Positions 8,114 through 16,853 of a stretch of 32,000 nucleotides of DNA are shown here, one piece after another; position 1 is the first letter of the stretch; each line of letters starts with the position of its first letter. The notes beneath the pieces are model-generated. The model searched no databases and was not told where the DNA came from. It saw only the letters and a program-made list of their open reading frames with translations. Both the position numbers and the translations under genes were made by a program. The stretch is from Longivirga aurantiaca (GTDB lineage Bacteria; Actinomycetota; Actinomycetes; S36-B12; CAIYMF01): positions 960,001 through 992,000 of the forward strand of contig NZ_JBHSTI010000008.1 of the NCBI RefSeq assembly GCF_042660085.1, read 5' to 3'.

Positions 8114-8173
8114 GCCTCACGCACCGAAGCTCCAGAAACCGCAGCCGGTTTGTGGCACCTACGTGCGTGAGGC
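8114..8173. terminator. Bidirectional intrinsic-terminator-like nested hairpin between convergent TSUP and YkgJ-like genes
   Basis: Outer 11-bp perfect stem gcctcacgcac (8114-8124) / gtgcgtgaggc (8163-8173). Inner stem aaaccg (8136-8141) / cggttt (8146-8151), loop cagc, flanked by A-run and T-run (ccagAAAccg...cggTTTgtgg), which is the bidirectional terminator geometry. Confidence 0.6.
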
Positions 8174-8773
8174 GCGGGCGGCGACCGCTGCGGCGACCAC
8201 GTCGGCGTCCGCCGGCGGTGCGGCAGCGAGGAAGACCTCGTGCACCTGCACGGCGAGCACAGCGAGGGCCGTCGGGTGCGGCGGCCGCACGTCCTCGGGC
8301 AGCAGCCCGGCGTGCGCGGCCAGCCAGCGCCCCGCGGCGCGCACGGCGTCGTGCGCCGCCACGTCGGCGGCGGACGGATGGTCGAACTCCCACCGTCCGG
8401 CGCGCTCGGCCACCGCCGGCTTGTCGGCAGGCACACCCGCGGCGGGGAAGACCCGGCAGTCGTACGTGCGGCACGTCATCGGCCGCTCGGCGTAGATCGT
8501 GCAGCCGCGCTCGCCCAGCATCGGGCAGCGTCCGCGCTCGTCGTACGGCAGCAGGTGCGAGCCCGGGAGGAACGGCGCGGGGAACAGCAGCTCGGCCGGG
8601 ATGACCGAGCGCGCAGCGGTGTCGGAGGGCGTCACGAGCACGAACTGGGACGACGTGCAGCAGCCGGTGCAGGTGCCGCACGGCACGTCCGACTCGCCCT
8701 CGCCCCGGAGCGCAGGGCCGATCGTGCCGAGCCACACGGTGAAGGAGCCCGCGGCGACGGCACCGTCGGTCAT
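8159..8773 (-). CDS. YkgJ family (UPF0153) cysteine-cluster protein
   Basis: CGTCTGCC (the CxxCxxCC signature), then C..LGERGCTIY..RP..CR.YDC. The ATG at 8773 overlaps the stop of the upstream gene (ATGA). The longer 245-aa track ORF is an Arg-rich extension into that gene. Confidence 0.8.
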   Translation of the reverse strand: MTDGAVAAGSFTVWLGTIGPALRGEGESDVPCGTCTGCCTSSQFVLVTPSDTAARSVIPAELLFPAPFLPGSHLLPYDERGRCPMLGERGCTIYAERPMTCRTYDCRVFPAAGVPADKPAVAERAGRWEFDHPSAADVAAHDAVRAAGRWLAAHAGLLPEDVRPPHPTALAVLAVQVHEVFLAAAPPADADVVAAAVAARASRT

Positions 8774-9198
8774 GTCGCGCCGTTCCAGACCGGCGCCTTC
8801 CCCGACCAGTCCACGCAGCGCACGGCGCACTCCTGCGCCACCAGCGCCGCATCGAGCCGGCGCTGGGTGTCGGCCGCGGCGGCGAGCCCGGCCCACTGGC
8901 CGGCCAGCCGGTCCTCGACGAGAGCGGCGAGCCTGCGGGCGCTCAGGGCATCGTCGACCTCAAAAGGCGGGGTGTACGCCGGGGCCGCGGCGCGCGGTGT
9001 GCCGCCGAGCAGCGTGATGCGCGCACGGAGCCTGTCGCGGTGCGCGCGGTGCCGCGCCATGTCGTCGAGCGCCTCGGCAGCGCCGTCGGCGTCGAGCCGG
9101 GCGGCCACGAGGCCGTAGGCGTAGACGGCGGAGTCGGTGCCGTCGAGCACGTCGTCGAGGCGCTCGATCTCTGCCTCGTTGGAGGGGGACGCGGTCAC
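8770..9198 (-). CDS. Ferritin-like DUF4439 domain protein, with no signal peptide
   Basis: LDDVLDGTDSAVYAYGLVAARL...HRAHRDRL...LEDRLAGQW matches the DUF4439 pattern (the Rv2844-like Ala-rich protein next to rimP in mycobacteria). The GTG at 9198 overlaps the upstream stop (GTGA). Confidence 0.7.
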   Translation of the reverse strand: MTASPSNEAEIERLDDVLDGTDSAVYAYGLVAARLDADGAAEALDDMARHRAHRDRLRARITLLGGTPRAAAPAYTPPFEVDDALSARRLAALVEDRLAGQWAGLAAAADTQRRLDAALVAQECAVRCVDWSGKAPVWNGAT

Positions 9199-9761
9199 GA
9201 TGCCATCGCCTCCAGCATCGCGGCGGCGCCGGCGCACCCGGCGCCCGCGAGCGCCACCACCCGGGCGAGCTCGGGGTCGACGGCGCTCACGCACTGTGTC
9301 GCGCGGCTCGCCGCCGCGGCCTGCTCGGCGTCGAGCAGGGTCGCGACGATCCCGGCCCTGCTGCTGGGCAGGGTGGGGGTGCTCGACGGCGACGCTGTGG
9401 GCGGGGGCGACGTCGACGCCGAGCCCTCGGCCGTGGCGAGCGCGCTCGGCGGCAGCGAGGCCAGGTCGTCGGGGTCGATCGCCTGGCGGTACGCCTTGTG
9501 CCGCTCGCCGACCAGGGCGACGGCTGCGCCGTCGGAGGCGCCGAGGGCGGCCGCGGCCGCCGCGTAGAGGTCGACGAGGCCCGACTCCGAGCGGCCGATC
9601 TCCGCGCGCAGTCTGCGGTCCGGGTCCTCGGGGCCACCTGGGTCGGTCGGGGCGGGCTGGCCCGGATCGGTCGTGCAGGCCGTGAGCGCGGGCGCGAGAA
9701 GCGCGGCCCCCGCGGCGGCGGCGGACCAGCGCAGCGCGTCGCGGCGGGTCGGGTTCGGCAC
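9195..9761 (-). CDS. Tat-signal lipoprotein, Ala-rich, ferritin-like/DUF4439-related
   Basis: From GTG 9761 the protein begins MPNPTRRDALRWSAAAAGAALLAPALTAC. This gives a twin-arginine motif (TRRDAL), a hydrophobic region and a lipobox (LTAC). A purine-rich GAGAGAG lies upstream. A Pro/Ser/Thr linker sits mid-protein. Upstream residues of the 284-aa track ORF are Arg/Pro-rich and unlikely to be coding. Confidence 0.7.
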   Translation of the reverse strand: MPNPTRRDALRWSAAAAGAALLAPALTACTTDPGQPAPTDPGGPEDPDRRLRAEIGRSESGLVDLYAAAAAALGASDGAAVALVGERHKAYRQAIDPDDLASLPPSALATAEGSASTSPPPTASPSSTPTLPSSRAGIVATLLDAEQAAAASRATQCVSAVDPELARVVALAGAGCAGAAAMLEAMAS

Positions 9762-9946
9762 GTCCGCGACTCTCTCACGACCTGCGCGCAGACCTGGAGC
9801 GGGATGCGTCCGGTTCGGGGCGCGCGTCGGCGCGGGTACCCTGGTCGTCCGCACCACCTGCACGTACAACCAGCACGCACAACAGGACCCGACAACAGCA
9901 CAGCCCGACCGCGCTCGCCGCGACCGTCGGGCGCCAGGAGGCCACC

Positions 9947-10570
9947 GTGGCTGCACAGCCGCCTCGTCCCGCGAAGGGCCGTCCCCAGGGCGGATCCCGC
10001 CGCCCGGACCCTGCCCGCCGCGATGCCCAGGTCCAGCAGGTGGTCGCACTCCTCGAGCCCGCCGTGCAGGCGACCGGCGTCGATCTCGAGGACGTCGAGA
10101 TCCGCACGGTCGGCCGTCGCATCGTCGTCCGTGTGCTGGTCGACTCCGAGACCGGCGTGAGCCTCGACCAGGTGGCAGCGGCCTCCACCGCCGTCTCCGA
10201 GGCCCTCGACACCGACGACCCGTTCGGCGACGAGCCCTACACCCTCGAGGTGTCCTCGCCGGGCGTCGAGCGGCCCCTCACCCTGCCGCGCCACTGGCGC
10301 CGCAGCATCGGCCGCCTCGTCGCCGTCACCACCACCCAGCACGAGCAGGTCACGGGCCGCATCACCTCGGTGTCCGACACCGAGGTCGAGCTCGAGATCG
10401 ACGTGAAGGGCCGCACCAGCCGCCGGACCGTGGCGCTCGCCGACATCACCAAGGCGGTCGTGCAGGTCGAGTTCAGCCGCAAGGGCGAGCCCGAGCCCGA
10501 CGACACGACCGACGACGCCGACGGCGACGACGACGCAGACGAGCTCGACGACCAGGACGAGGAGGACTGA
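9947..10570 (+). CDS. rimP: Ribosome maturation factor RimP, with a polyacidic C-terminal tail
   Basis: [17 protein letters not shown]...[24 protein letters not shown] is the RimP core. GTG 9947 has an AGGAGG SD 6 nt upstream. It lies immediately upstream of nusA. Confidence 0.9.
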   Translation: MAAQPPRPAKGRPQGGSRRPDPARRDAQVQQVVALLEPAVQATGVDLEDVEIRTVGRRIVVRVLVDSETGVSLDQVAAASTAVSEALDTDDPFGDEPYTLEVSSPGVERPLTLPRHWRRSIGRLVAVTTTQHEQVTGRITSVSDTEVELEIDVKGRTSRRTVALADITKAVVQVEFSRKGEPEPDDTTDDADGDDDADELDDQDEED

Positions 10571-10571
10571 C

Positions 10572-11570
10572 GTGGACATCGACGTCAGCGCACTGAAGGC
10601 GCTCGTCCGTGAGAAGGAGCTGTCGTACGACCTCATCGTCGAGACGCTCGAGCAGGCGATGCTCCTCGCGTACCACAAGACCGAGGGCTCGGCGCAGCGC
10701 GCACGGGTCGAGGTCGACCGCAAGACGGGTCACGTCATCGTGTGGGCCCGCGAGGACGACGTCGACGGCGTCCCGGGTCGCGAGTACGACGACACGCCGG
10801 ACGGCTTCGGCCGTGTCGCCGCCACGACCGCCCGCCAGGTGATCCTGCAGCGCCTGCGCGAGGCCGAGGACGACGTCACCTTCGGGGAGTTCGCCGGCAC
10901 CGAGGGGGACCTCGTGTCGGGCATCGTGCAGCAGGGCAGCGACCCGCGGCTCGTGTTCGTCGACCTCGGCAAGATCGAGGCCGTCCTTCCGCCGCAGGAG
11001 CAGGTGCCGGGCGAGAAGTACGTCCACGGAACGCGCCTCAAGTGCCACGTGGTGCAGGTGTCCAAGACGCCCAAGGGTCCGCGCGTCACCGTCTCGCGCA
11101 CGCACCCCAACCTCGTGAAGGCGCTGTTCGCCCTCGAGGTGCCCGAGATCGCCGACGGCTCGGTGCAGATCGCGGCGATCGCCCGCGAGGCCGGCCACCG
11201 CACGAAGATGGCCGTCTACTCGAACGTGCCCGGGCTCAACGCCAAGGGCGCGTGCATCGGCCCGATGGGTGCCCGGGTGCGCGCGGTCATGGCCGAGCTG
11301 CACGGCGAGAAGATCGACATCGTCGACTGGTCGGACGACCCGGCCGAGATGGTCGGCAACGCTCTGTCACCGGCGCGGGTCACCTCGGTGACCGTCGTCG
11401 ACCTCGCCGCCCGCTCCGCCCGCGTCGTCGTGCCGGACTACCAGCTGAGCCTCGCGATCGGCCGCGAGGGCCAGAACGCCCGGCTCGCCGCCCGCCTCAC
11501 CGGCTGGCGGATCGACATCCGGCCCGACACCGCGACGACGGGGCCGGACGACACCGGACGCGAGGCGTGA
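10572..11570 (+). CDS. nusA: Transcription termination/antitermination factor NusA (no AR1/AR2 repeats)
   Basis: The NTD, S1 ([10 protein letters not shown]) and KH1/KH2 ([36 protein letters not shown]) are present. GTG 10572 lies 1 nt after the rimP stop and is preceded by GAGGAGGA. Confidence 0.95.
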   Translation: MDIDVSALKALVREKELSYDLIVETLEQAMLLAYHKTEGSAQRARVEVDRKTGHVIVWAREDDVDGVPGREYDDTPDGFGRVAATTARQVILQRLREAEDDVTFGEFAGTEGDLVSGIVQQGSDPRLVFVDLGKIEAVLPPQEQVPGEKYVHGTRLKCHVVQVSKTPKGPRVTVSRTHPNLVKALFALEVPEIADGSVQIAAIAREAGHRTKMAVYSNVPGLNAKGACIGPMGARVRAVMAELHGEKIDIVDWSDDPAEMVGNALSPARVTSVTVVDLAARSARVVVPDYQLSLAIGREGQNARLAARLTGWRIDIRPDTATTGPDDTGREA

Positions 11571-11677
11571 TCGGCGGGGGCGCCGGAGGGGTAGACTTCC
11601 CCACGACCGGTAGCCCGGTTCCCCCTGACGCCGCCCCGCGCGGTGCAGGCGCGCCCTCCCGCGGGCGTCGCACCCCG

Positions 11678-11992
11678 GTGCGTACGTGCGTGGGGTGCAG
11701 GGAGCAGGGCGGCCGATCCGACCTGGTGCGCGTGGTCGTGGTCGACGGACTCCTCGTCCCCGACCCCCGGGCGCGCGCCGCCGGACGAGGTGCCTGGCTG
11801 CATCCCGACCCGGTATGTCTCGACCTCGCCGAGCGACGGCGGGCGCTGCCGCGGGCCCTCCGGGTCCCCGGCCCGCTCGACACCCGCGCGGTGCGGGACG
11901 AGATCGAACGGCGAGCAGCACGACCAGCACCATCAGAACTGACCACCGTCCACCCACGATCGGGAGCAGAACAGGACATGAGCACCCGATGA
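11678..11992 (+). CDS. ylxR: YlxR/DUF448 family RNA-binding protein
   Basis: (M)RTCVGCREQGGRSDLVRVVV...GRGAWLHP...CLDLAERRRALPRALR is the YlxR signature. Start chosen at GTG 11678. The in-frame GTG at 11567 (GTGA overlap with the nusA stop) adds 37 codons with markedly lower GC3 (8 of 37 end in A/T). The last 26 codons are also atypical (15 end in A). Confidence 0.75.
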   Translation: MRTCVGCREQGGRSDLVRVVVVDGLLVPDPRARAAGRGAWLHPDPVCLDLAERRRALPRALRVPGPLDTRAVRDEIERRAARPAPSELTTVHPRSGAEQDMSTR

Positions 11993-12070
11993 ACGCCCAG
12001 CGATGAGCGTGTCCGTGCACGTCTGAGTGGTCCGGTACGAACCCGTCCCGGACCAAAGAGCAGGAGAACT

Positions 12071-14866
12071 GTGTCGAAGGTCCGGGTCTACGAGCTCGCC
12101 AAGGAGCTCGGAGTCGAGAGCAAGGCCGTCGTGGCCAAGCTCCAGGAGATGGGTGAGTTCGTCCGATCGGCGAGCTCCACCATCGAGGCGCCGGTGGTCC
12201 GGCGTCTTCGGGAGGCGTTCCCCGCCGCCCCGGCGGCCGCCCCCAGCAAGGCACCCGCCAAACCCAAGCCCGCCCCCGCGGCACCGGCTGCCCCCGCGGC
12301 GCCCGAGGCCCCGGCGGCTCCCGCTGCTGCCGCACCCGAGGCGCCCGCCGCCCCGGCTGCTCCGGCTGCGCCCGTGCCCGGTCCGGCGGCCCCCGCCGCC
12401 CCGGCAGCGCCCGAGGTCTCGGCCCCGGCCGCGTCGGCGGCACCCGCGCCGGCCGCCCCCAAGGCGCCGCGTCCCGGCAACAACCCGTTCATGGACCGCA
12501 GCGCCGAGGCGCCGCCGCGTCCGGCCGCCCCCGCGGCGCCCGGTGCCGCGCCCGGCGCCCCGCGTCCGGCGCGTCCGGGCAACAACCCCTTCACCGACCG
12601 CACCGGCGGCGTCGAGGGCGCACCGCGCCCCGTCCCGCGTCCCGGCGGCGTCCCCGGTGCCCCGCGTCCCAACCCGGGCATGATGCCGGGCCAGCGCCCG
12701 GGACGTCCCGCAGGTCCCGGCCGTCCGGCCGGCCCCGGCGGTCCCGGTGCCGGTCGTCCGGCCCCCGGCGGCGCAGGCCGTCCCGGTGGCGGCGCAGGCC
12801 GTCCCGGTGGCGGCGGCTTCGGCGCACGTCCCGGCGGTGCTCCCGGCGGTGGCGGCGGCGGATTCGCCGGTCGTCCCGGCGGTGCTCCCGGCGGCGGCGG
12901 CTTCGGCGGTCGGCCCGGTGCCGGTGGTCGTGGCACCACCGCGGGTGCGTTCGGCCGTCCCGGCGGCAAGCCGGCGCGCGGTCGCAAGTCCAAGCGTGCG
13001 AAGCGCCAGGAGTTCGACAACATGTCGGCTCCGTCCATGGGCGGCGAGATCCGTCCCATGGGCCAGGGCCAGACCATCCGTCTGGCGCGCGGCTCGTCCC
13101 TGACGGACTTCAGCGAGAAGGTGGGCGTGCCCGCGGGCGTGCTCGTCACCGTGATGTTCAAGCTCGGCGAGATGGTGACCGCGACCCAGTCGCTGTCCGA
13201 CGACACGCTGATGCTGCTCGGCACCGAGCTGAACTTCGACGTCCAGGTGATCAGCCCGGAGGACGAGGACCGCGAGCTGCTCGAGCGCTACGACCTCGAG
13301 TTCGGTGAGGACGAGGGTGACGAGTCCGACCTCGTCGCGCGTCCGCCGGTCGTCACGGTCATGGGTCACGTCGACCACGGAAAGACCCGCCTGCTCGACG
13401 CGATCCGCAACACGAACGTGATGGGCAAGGAGGCCGGTGGCATCACCCAGCACATCGGCGCCTACCAGGTCGTGGCCCGTGCCGACAGCGACGCGCCCCG
13501 CGCCATCACCTTCATCGACACCCCGGGTCACGAGGCGTTCACCGCCATGCGTGCTCGTGGTGCCCAGGTCACCGACATCGCCATCCTCGTGGTGGCGGCC
13601 GACGACGGCGTGAAGCCGCAGACGATCGAGGCGCTCAACCACGCCAAGGCCGCCGACGTGCCGATCGTGGTCGCGGTCAACAAGATCGACAAGGAGGGCG
13701 CGGACCCGGCCAAGGTGCGCGGCCAGCTCACCGAGTACGGCCTCGTCCCCGAGGAGTACGGCGGCGACACGATGTTCGTCGACGTCTCCGCCAAGGGCGG
13801 GATCGGCATCGACGAGCTGCTCGAGGCCCTCCTGCTCACGGCCGACGCCGCCCTGGACCTGCGGGCCAACCCGCACCAGGACGCGCAGGGCGTGTCGATC
13901 GAGGCCCACCTCGACCGTGGCCGTGGCCCGGTCGCGACGGTGCTCGTCCAGCGCGGCACGCTGCGCCCGGGCGACTCGATCGTGGTCGGCGACGCCTACG
14001 GCCGCGTGCGCGCCATGCTCGACGAGCACGGCAACACGCTCGAGGAGGCGCTGCCCGCGCGTCCGGTGCAGGTGCTCGGCCTCACGGCCGTGCCCGGCGC
14101 CGGCGACAACATGCTCGTGGTCGAGGACGACCGCACCGCCCGTCAGATCGCCCAGACCCGTGCGGCGCGCGAGCGCAACGCGGCGCTGGCGCAGGCGCGC
14201 GGCCGCCGTACCCTCGAGGACTTCCTCAAGTCCCTCGAGCGCGGCGAGGTCGAGGAGCTCAAGCTCATCCTCAAGGGCGACGTGTCCGGCTCGGTCGAGG
14301 CGCTCGAGAGCGCGCTCGTCGCGCTCGACATCAGCGAAGAGGTCAGCCTGCGCGTCATCGACCGCGGTGTCGGTGCGATCACGCAGAACGACGTCAACCT
14401 GGCCGTCGCGTCCGACGCCGTCATCATCGGCTTCAACGTCCGGCCGGCCGAGCGGGTGCAGGAGATCATCGACCGCGAGCGCGTCGACGTCCGCTACTAC
14501 TCGGTCATCTACCAGGCGATCGACGACGTCGAGGCGGCCCTCAAGGGTCTGCTCAAGCCGGTCTACGAGGAGGTGGCTCTCGGCACCGCCGAGATCCGCG
14601 AGGTCTACCGCTCGAGCAAGTTCGGCAACATCGCCGGCTCGCTCGTGCGCACGGGCCTCATCCGCCGCAACGCCAAGGCGCGCCTCCTGCGCGACGGTGC
14701 GGTCGTGGCGGACAACCTCACCATCGAGTCGCTGAAGCGGTTCAAGGACGATGCCACCGAGGTCCGCGAGGGCTTCGAGTGCGGTATCGGCCTCGGCTCG
14801 TTCAACGACGTCAAGGTCGACGACGTGATCGAGACCTTCGAGATGCGCGAGAAGCCGCGCGTCTGA
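12071..14866 (+). CDS. infB: Translation initiation factor IF-2
   Basis: [31 protein letters not shown] (IF2_N). A ~280-aa Pro/Ala/Gly-rich linker follows. Then the GTPase domain ([28 protein letters not shown]) and C-terminal domains. GTG start with an AGGAGA SD. Confidence 0.97.
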   Translation: MSKVRVYELAKELGVESKAVVAKLQEMGEFVRSASSTIEAPVVRRLREAFPAAPAAAPSKAPAKPKPAPAAPAAPAAPEAPAAPAAAAPEAPAAPAAPAAPVPGPAAPAAPAAPEVSAPAASAAPAPAAPKAPRPGNNPFMDRSAEAPPRPAAPAAPGAAPGAPRPARPGNNPFTDRTGGVEGAPRPVPRPGGVPGAPRPNPGMMPGQRPGRPAGPGRPAGPGGPGAGRPAPGGAGRPGGGAGRPGGGGFGARPGGAPGGGGGGFAGRPGGAPGGGGFGGRPGAGGRGTTAGAFGRPGGKPARGRKSKRAKRQEFDNMSAPSMGGEIRPMGQGQTIRLARGSSLTDFSEKVGVPAGVLVTVMFKLGEMVTATQSLSDDTLMLLGTELNFDVQVISPEDEDRELLERYDLEFGEDEGDESDLVARPPVVTVMGHVDHGKTRLLDAIRNTNVMGKEAGGITQHIGAYQVVARADSDAPRAITFIDTPGHEAFTAMRARGAQVTDIAILVVAADDGVKPQTIEALNHAKAADVPIVVAVNKIDKEGADPAKVRGQLTEYGLVPEEYGGDTMFVDVSAKGGIGIDELLEALLLTADAALDLRANPHQDAQGVSIEAHLDRGRGPVATVLVQRGTLRPGDSIVVGDAYGRVRAMLDEHGNTLEEALPARPVQVLGLTAVPGAGDNMLVVEDDRTARQIAQTRAARERNAALAQARGRRTLEDFLKSLERGEVEELKLILKGDVSGSVEALESALVALDISEEVSLRVIDRGVGAITQNDVNLAVASDAVIIGFNVRPAERVQEIIDRERVDVRYYSVIYQAIDDVEAALKGLLKPVYEEVALGTAEIREVYRSSKFGNIAGSLVRTGLIRRNAKARLLRDGAVVADNLTIESLKRFKDDATEVREGFECGIGLGSFNDVKVDDVIETFEMREKPRV
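12770..12811 (+). repeat. Perfect 21-bp tandem duplication inside the infB low-complexity linker
   Basis: ggcgcaggccgtcccggtggc occurs at 12770-12790 and again at 12791-12811 (encoding GGAGRPG twice). It is followed by two longer imperfect copies encoding F(G/A)(A/G)[11 protein letters not shown]. Confidence 0.85.
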
Positions 14867-14894
14867 CGCTGACCGTCATCTCTGGGAGGACGTC

Positions 14895-15188
14895 GTGTTC
14901 GTGGGTTCCCTCGAGCTCGACGTCCTCCTGGGGGACGTCAGGTCCCTCAAGCAGAAGCGGAGCCTCGTCCGTCCGGTCGTGGCCGAGCTGAGGCGACGGC
15001 TCGACGTCAGCGCGGCGGAGGTGGGTCACCAGGACCTGCACCGCCGTGCGGTCATCGGGGTCGCTGTCGTCGCGGCCGACCCCGCGCACTGCACCGAGGT
15101 GCTCGACGACGCCGAGAGGCTCGTCGCGGGGCACCCCGAGCTCGAGCTGCTCTCCGCCCGACGGGCGCTGCGCGGCTCGGACGACTGA
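14895..15188 (+). CDS. DUF503 (YlxP-like) protein
   Basis: 97 aa; FVGSLELDVLLGDVRSLKQKRSLVRPVVAELRRR is typical of DUF503. It holds the conserved position between infB and rbfA. GTG start with a GGGAGGA SD. Confidence 0.8.
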   Translation: MFVGSLELDVLLGDVRSLKQKRSLVRPVVAELRRRLDVSAAEVGHQDLHRRAVIGVAVVAADPAHCTEVLDDAERLVAGHPELELLSARRALRGSDD

Positions 15189-15251
15189 CCGCACGACCGG
15201 CACCACCCGCACCAGGCTCAGGTCCCACGGACCGCACGAGAGGATCCACCC

Positions 15252-15842
15252 ATGGCCGACCCCGCCCGCGCCCGCAAGCTCGCCGACCGCATCAAGGTGA
15301 TCGTCGCGGAGACGCTCGAGCAGCGCATCAAGGACCCGCGCGTCGGCTTCCTCACCATCACCGACTCGCGGGTCACCGGCGACCTCCATGACGCGACGGT
15401 CTACTACACCGTCTACGGGTCCGACGAGGAGAAGGCCGGCACCGCCGCCGCGCTCGAGAGCGCCAAGGGCGTGCTGCGCAGCGAGATCGGCAAGCAGACC
15501 GGCGTGCGGTTCACCCCCACGCTCACCTTCGTCGCCGACGCCGTGCCCGAGAACGCCGCCGCGATCGAGGACCTCCTCGCCGTCGCGGCCGCAGCCGACG
15601 CCGAGGTGCACGAGAAGGCCGCCGCCGCGCAGTACGCGGGCGAGGCCGACCCCTACAAGAAGCCGCGCGACCTCGAGGACGACGACGCAGGGGACGCAGA
15701 GGACGCAGAGGTCGACGAGGACGACGACGAGGACGACGAGGCCGGTGACGAGCTCGAGGACGACCTCGACGACCTCGACGGGCTCGAGGACGACCTCGAC
15801 GACCTCGAGGAGCTCATCGAGGACGAGGAGCGCCAGGCGTGA
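15252..15842 (+). CDS. rbfA: 30S ribosome-binding factor RbfA, with a ~60-aa polyacidic C-terminal extension
   Basis: [49 protein letters not shown]...PTLTFVAD is the RbfA core. The tail is D/E-rich ([54 protein letters not shown]). Confidence 0.93.
   Translation: MADPARARKLADRIKVIVAETLEQRIKDPRVGFLTITDSRVTGDLHDATVYYTVYGSDEEKAGTAAALESAKGVLRSEIGKQTGVRFTPTLTFVADAVPENAAAIEDLLAVAAAADAEVHEKAAAAQYAGEADPYKKPRDLEDDDAGDAEDAEVDEDDDEDDEAGDELEDDLDDLDGLEDDLDDLEELIEDEERQA
15752..15808 (+). repeat. 30-bp-period tandem duplication in the rbfA acidic tail
   Basis: gctcgaggacgacctcgacgacctcga occurs at 15752-15778 and identically at 15782-15808 (encoding [10 protein letters not shown] and [10 protein letters not shown]). 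Confidence 0.85.
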
Positions 15843-16852
15843 GCTGGAGCGCGGCACCGACGGAGACCGACTGGCAGCGCGCGATCGACGCGCTCACCTC
15901 GGGCGGCCCCGTCCTGCTGCTCGCGCACGTCTCGCCCGACGCGGACGCGCTCGGATCGGCGCTCGCGGCCGGCCTCGCCCTCGACTCGCGCGGCGTCGAC
16001 GTCGTCGTGTCGTTCGGCGACGACCCGTTCGTGGTGCCGCGCGTCCTGCGCACCCTGCCCGGCCAGCACCTGCTCAGAGCGCCCGCCGAGGTGGGGGAGC
16101 GGCCGGTCGTGGCGTCGTTCGACGTCTCCTCGATCGAGCGCCTCGGCGTGCTGCAGGCGGCGGCCGAGGCGGCCGAGACCCTCGTGGTGGTCGACCACCA
16201 CGCGTCGTACACCGGTTTCGGCGGCATCCACCTCGTGGACGTGAAGGCGCCCGCCACCGCGGTGCTCGCGCTCGAGATGGTCGACCGGCTCGGCGTCGAG
16301 GTCGGCATCGACATCGCCACCGACGTCTACTCCGGCATCGTCACCGACACCGGGTCGTTCAAGTACTCCGCCACCACCGCCGACACCCACCGCACCGCGG
16401 CGCGGCTGCTCGAGACCGGTCTGCCGCACGACGTCGTGGCCCGCCACATCTACGACGACGAGCCGTTCGGCGTGCTCAAGGTGCTCGGCGGCGCGCTGGA
16501 CCGCGCGACCCTCGAGCCCGGCGCCATCGGCGGCCTCGGCCTCGTGCACACCTGCGTGAGCAAGGCCGTGCGCGACGAGCACGGGCTGCCCCTCGACGCC
16601 GTCGAGCGCGTGATCGACGTCCTGCGGATCGCGACCGAGGCCGAGGTCGCCCTCGTCCTCAAGCAGGACGACACCGGCGCGTGGCGCGCGTCGATGCGCA
16701 GCAAGGGCAAGGTCGACGTCTCGCAGGTGGCGCTCGGGCTCGGCGGCGGCGGCCACCGGTTCGCGGCGGGCTTCACGGGCGGCGCCGACCACCAGCAGGT
16801 GCTCGACGACGTCCGCGCAGCTCTCGACGCGGTCGCCCGCCAGGAGCTGTGA
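15839..16852 (+). CDS. nrnA: DHH/DHHA1 phosphoesterase, NrnA/CnpB-like (nanoRNase / pAp phosphatase / cyclic-dinucleotide phosphodiesterase family)
   Basis: [11 protein letters not shown] (DHH motif I/II), VVDHH (motif III), and [11 protein letters not shown] (the DHHA1 GGGH motif). The GTG overlaps the rbfA stop (GTGA). Same position as Rv2837c in mycobacteria. Confidence 0.88.
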   Translation: MSWSAAPTETDWQRAIDALTSGGPVLLLAHVSPDADALGSALAAGLALDSRGVDVVVSFGDDPFVVPRVLRTLPGQHLLRAPAEVGERPVVASFDVSSIERLGVLQAAAEAAETLVVVDHHASYTGFGGIHLVDVKAPATAVLALEMVDRLGVEVGIDIATDVYSGIVTDTGSFKYSATTADTHRTAARLLETGLPHDVVARHIYDDEPFGVLKVLGGALDRATLEPGAIGGLGLVHTCVSKAVRDEHGLPLDAVERVIDVLRIATEAEVALVLKQDDTGAWRASMRSKGKVDVSQVALGLGGGGHRFAAGFTGGADHQQVLDDVRAALDAVARQEL

Positions 16853-16853
16853 G

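Noticed and set aside
9287-10723. 478-aa minus-strand ORF across the divergent region and rimP
   Set aside because: It is antisense to rimP and out of frame with the lipoprotein gene, and its sequence is Arg/Pro/Ala-rich low complexity.
11567-11677. Longer ylxR starting at GTG 11567 (GTGA overlap with the nusA stop)
   Set aside because: The 37 extra codons have clearly lower GC3 (8 end in A/T, including gga, gta, ggt, gtt, cct, gca, cgt). The conserved YlxR domain begins at the RTCVGC motif just after GTG 11678. I kept it as an alternative start only.
12230-12960. Dense short repeats that could be mistaken for a repeat array or CRISPR
   Set aside because: All repeats are in frame within infB and encode the Pro/Ala/Gly linker. 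There is no repeat-spacer periodicity, and no cas genes are present.
11933-14029. 698-aa minus-strand ORF opposite infB
   Set aside because: It is a mirror-frame artefact of the high-GC infB gene. The G/R/T/A-rich product reflects the complement of the Pro/Ala/Gly linker.
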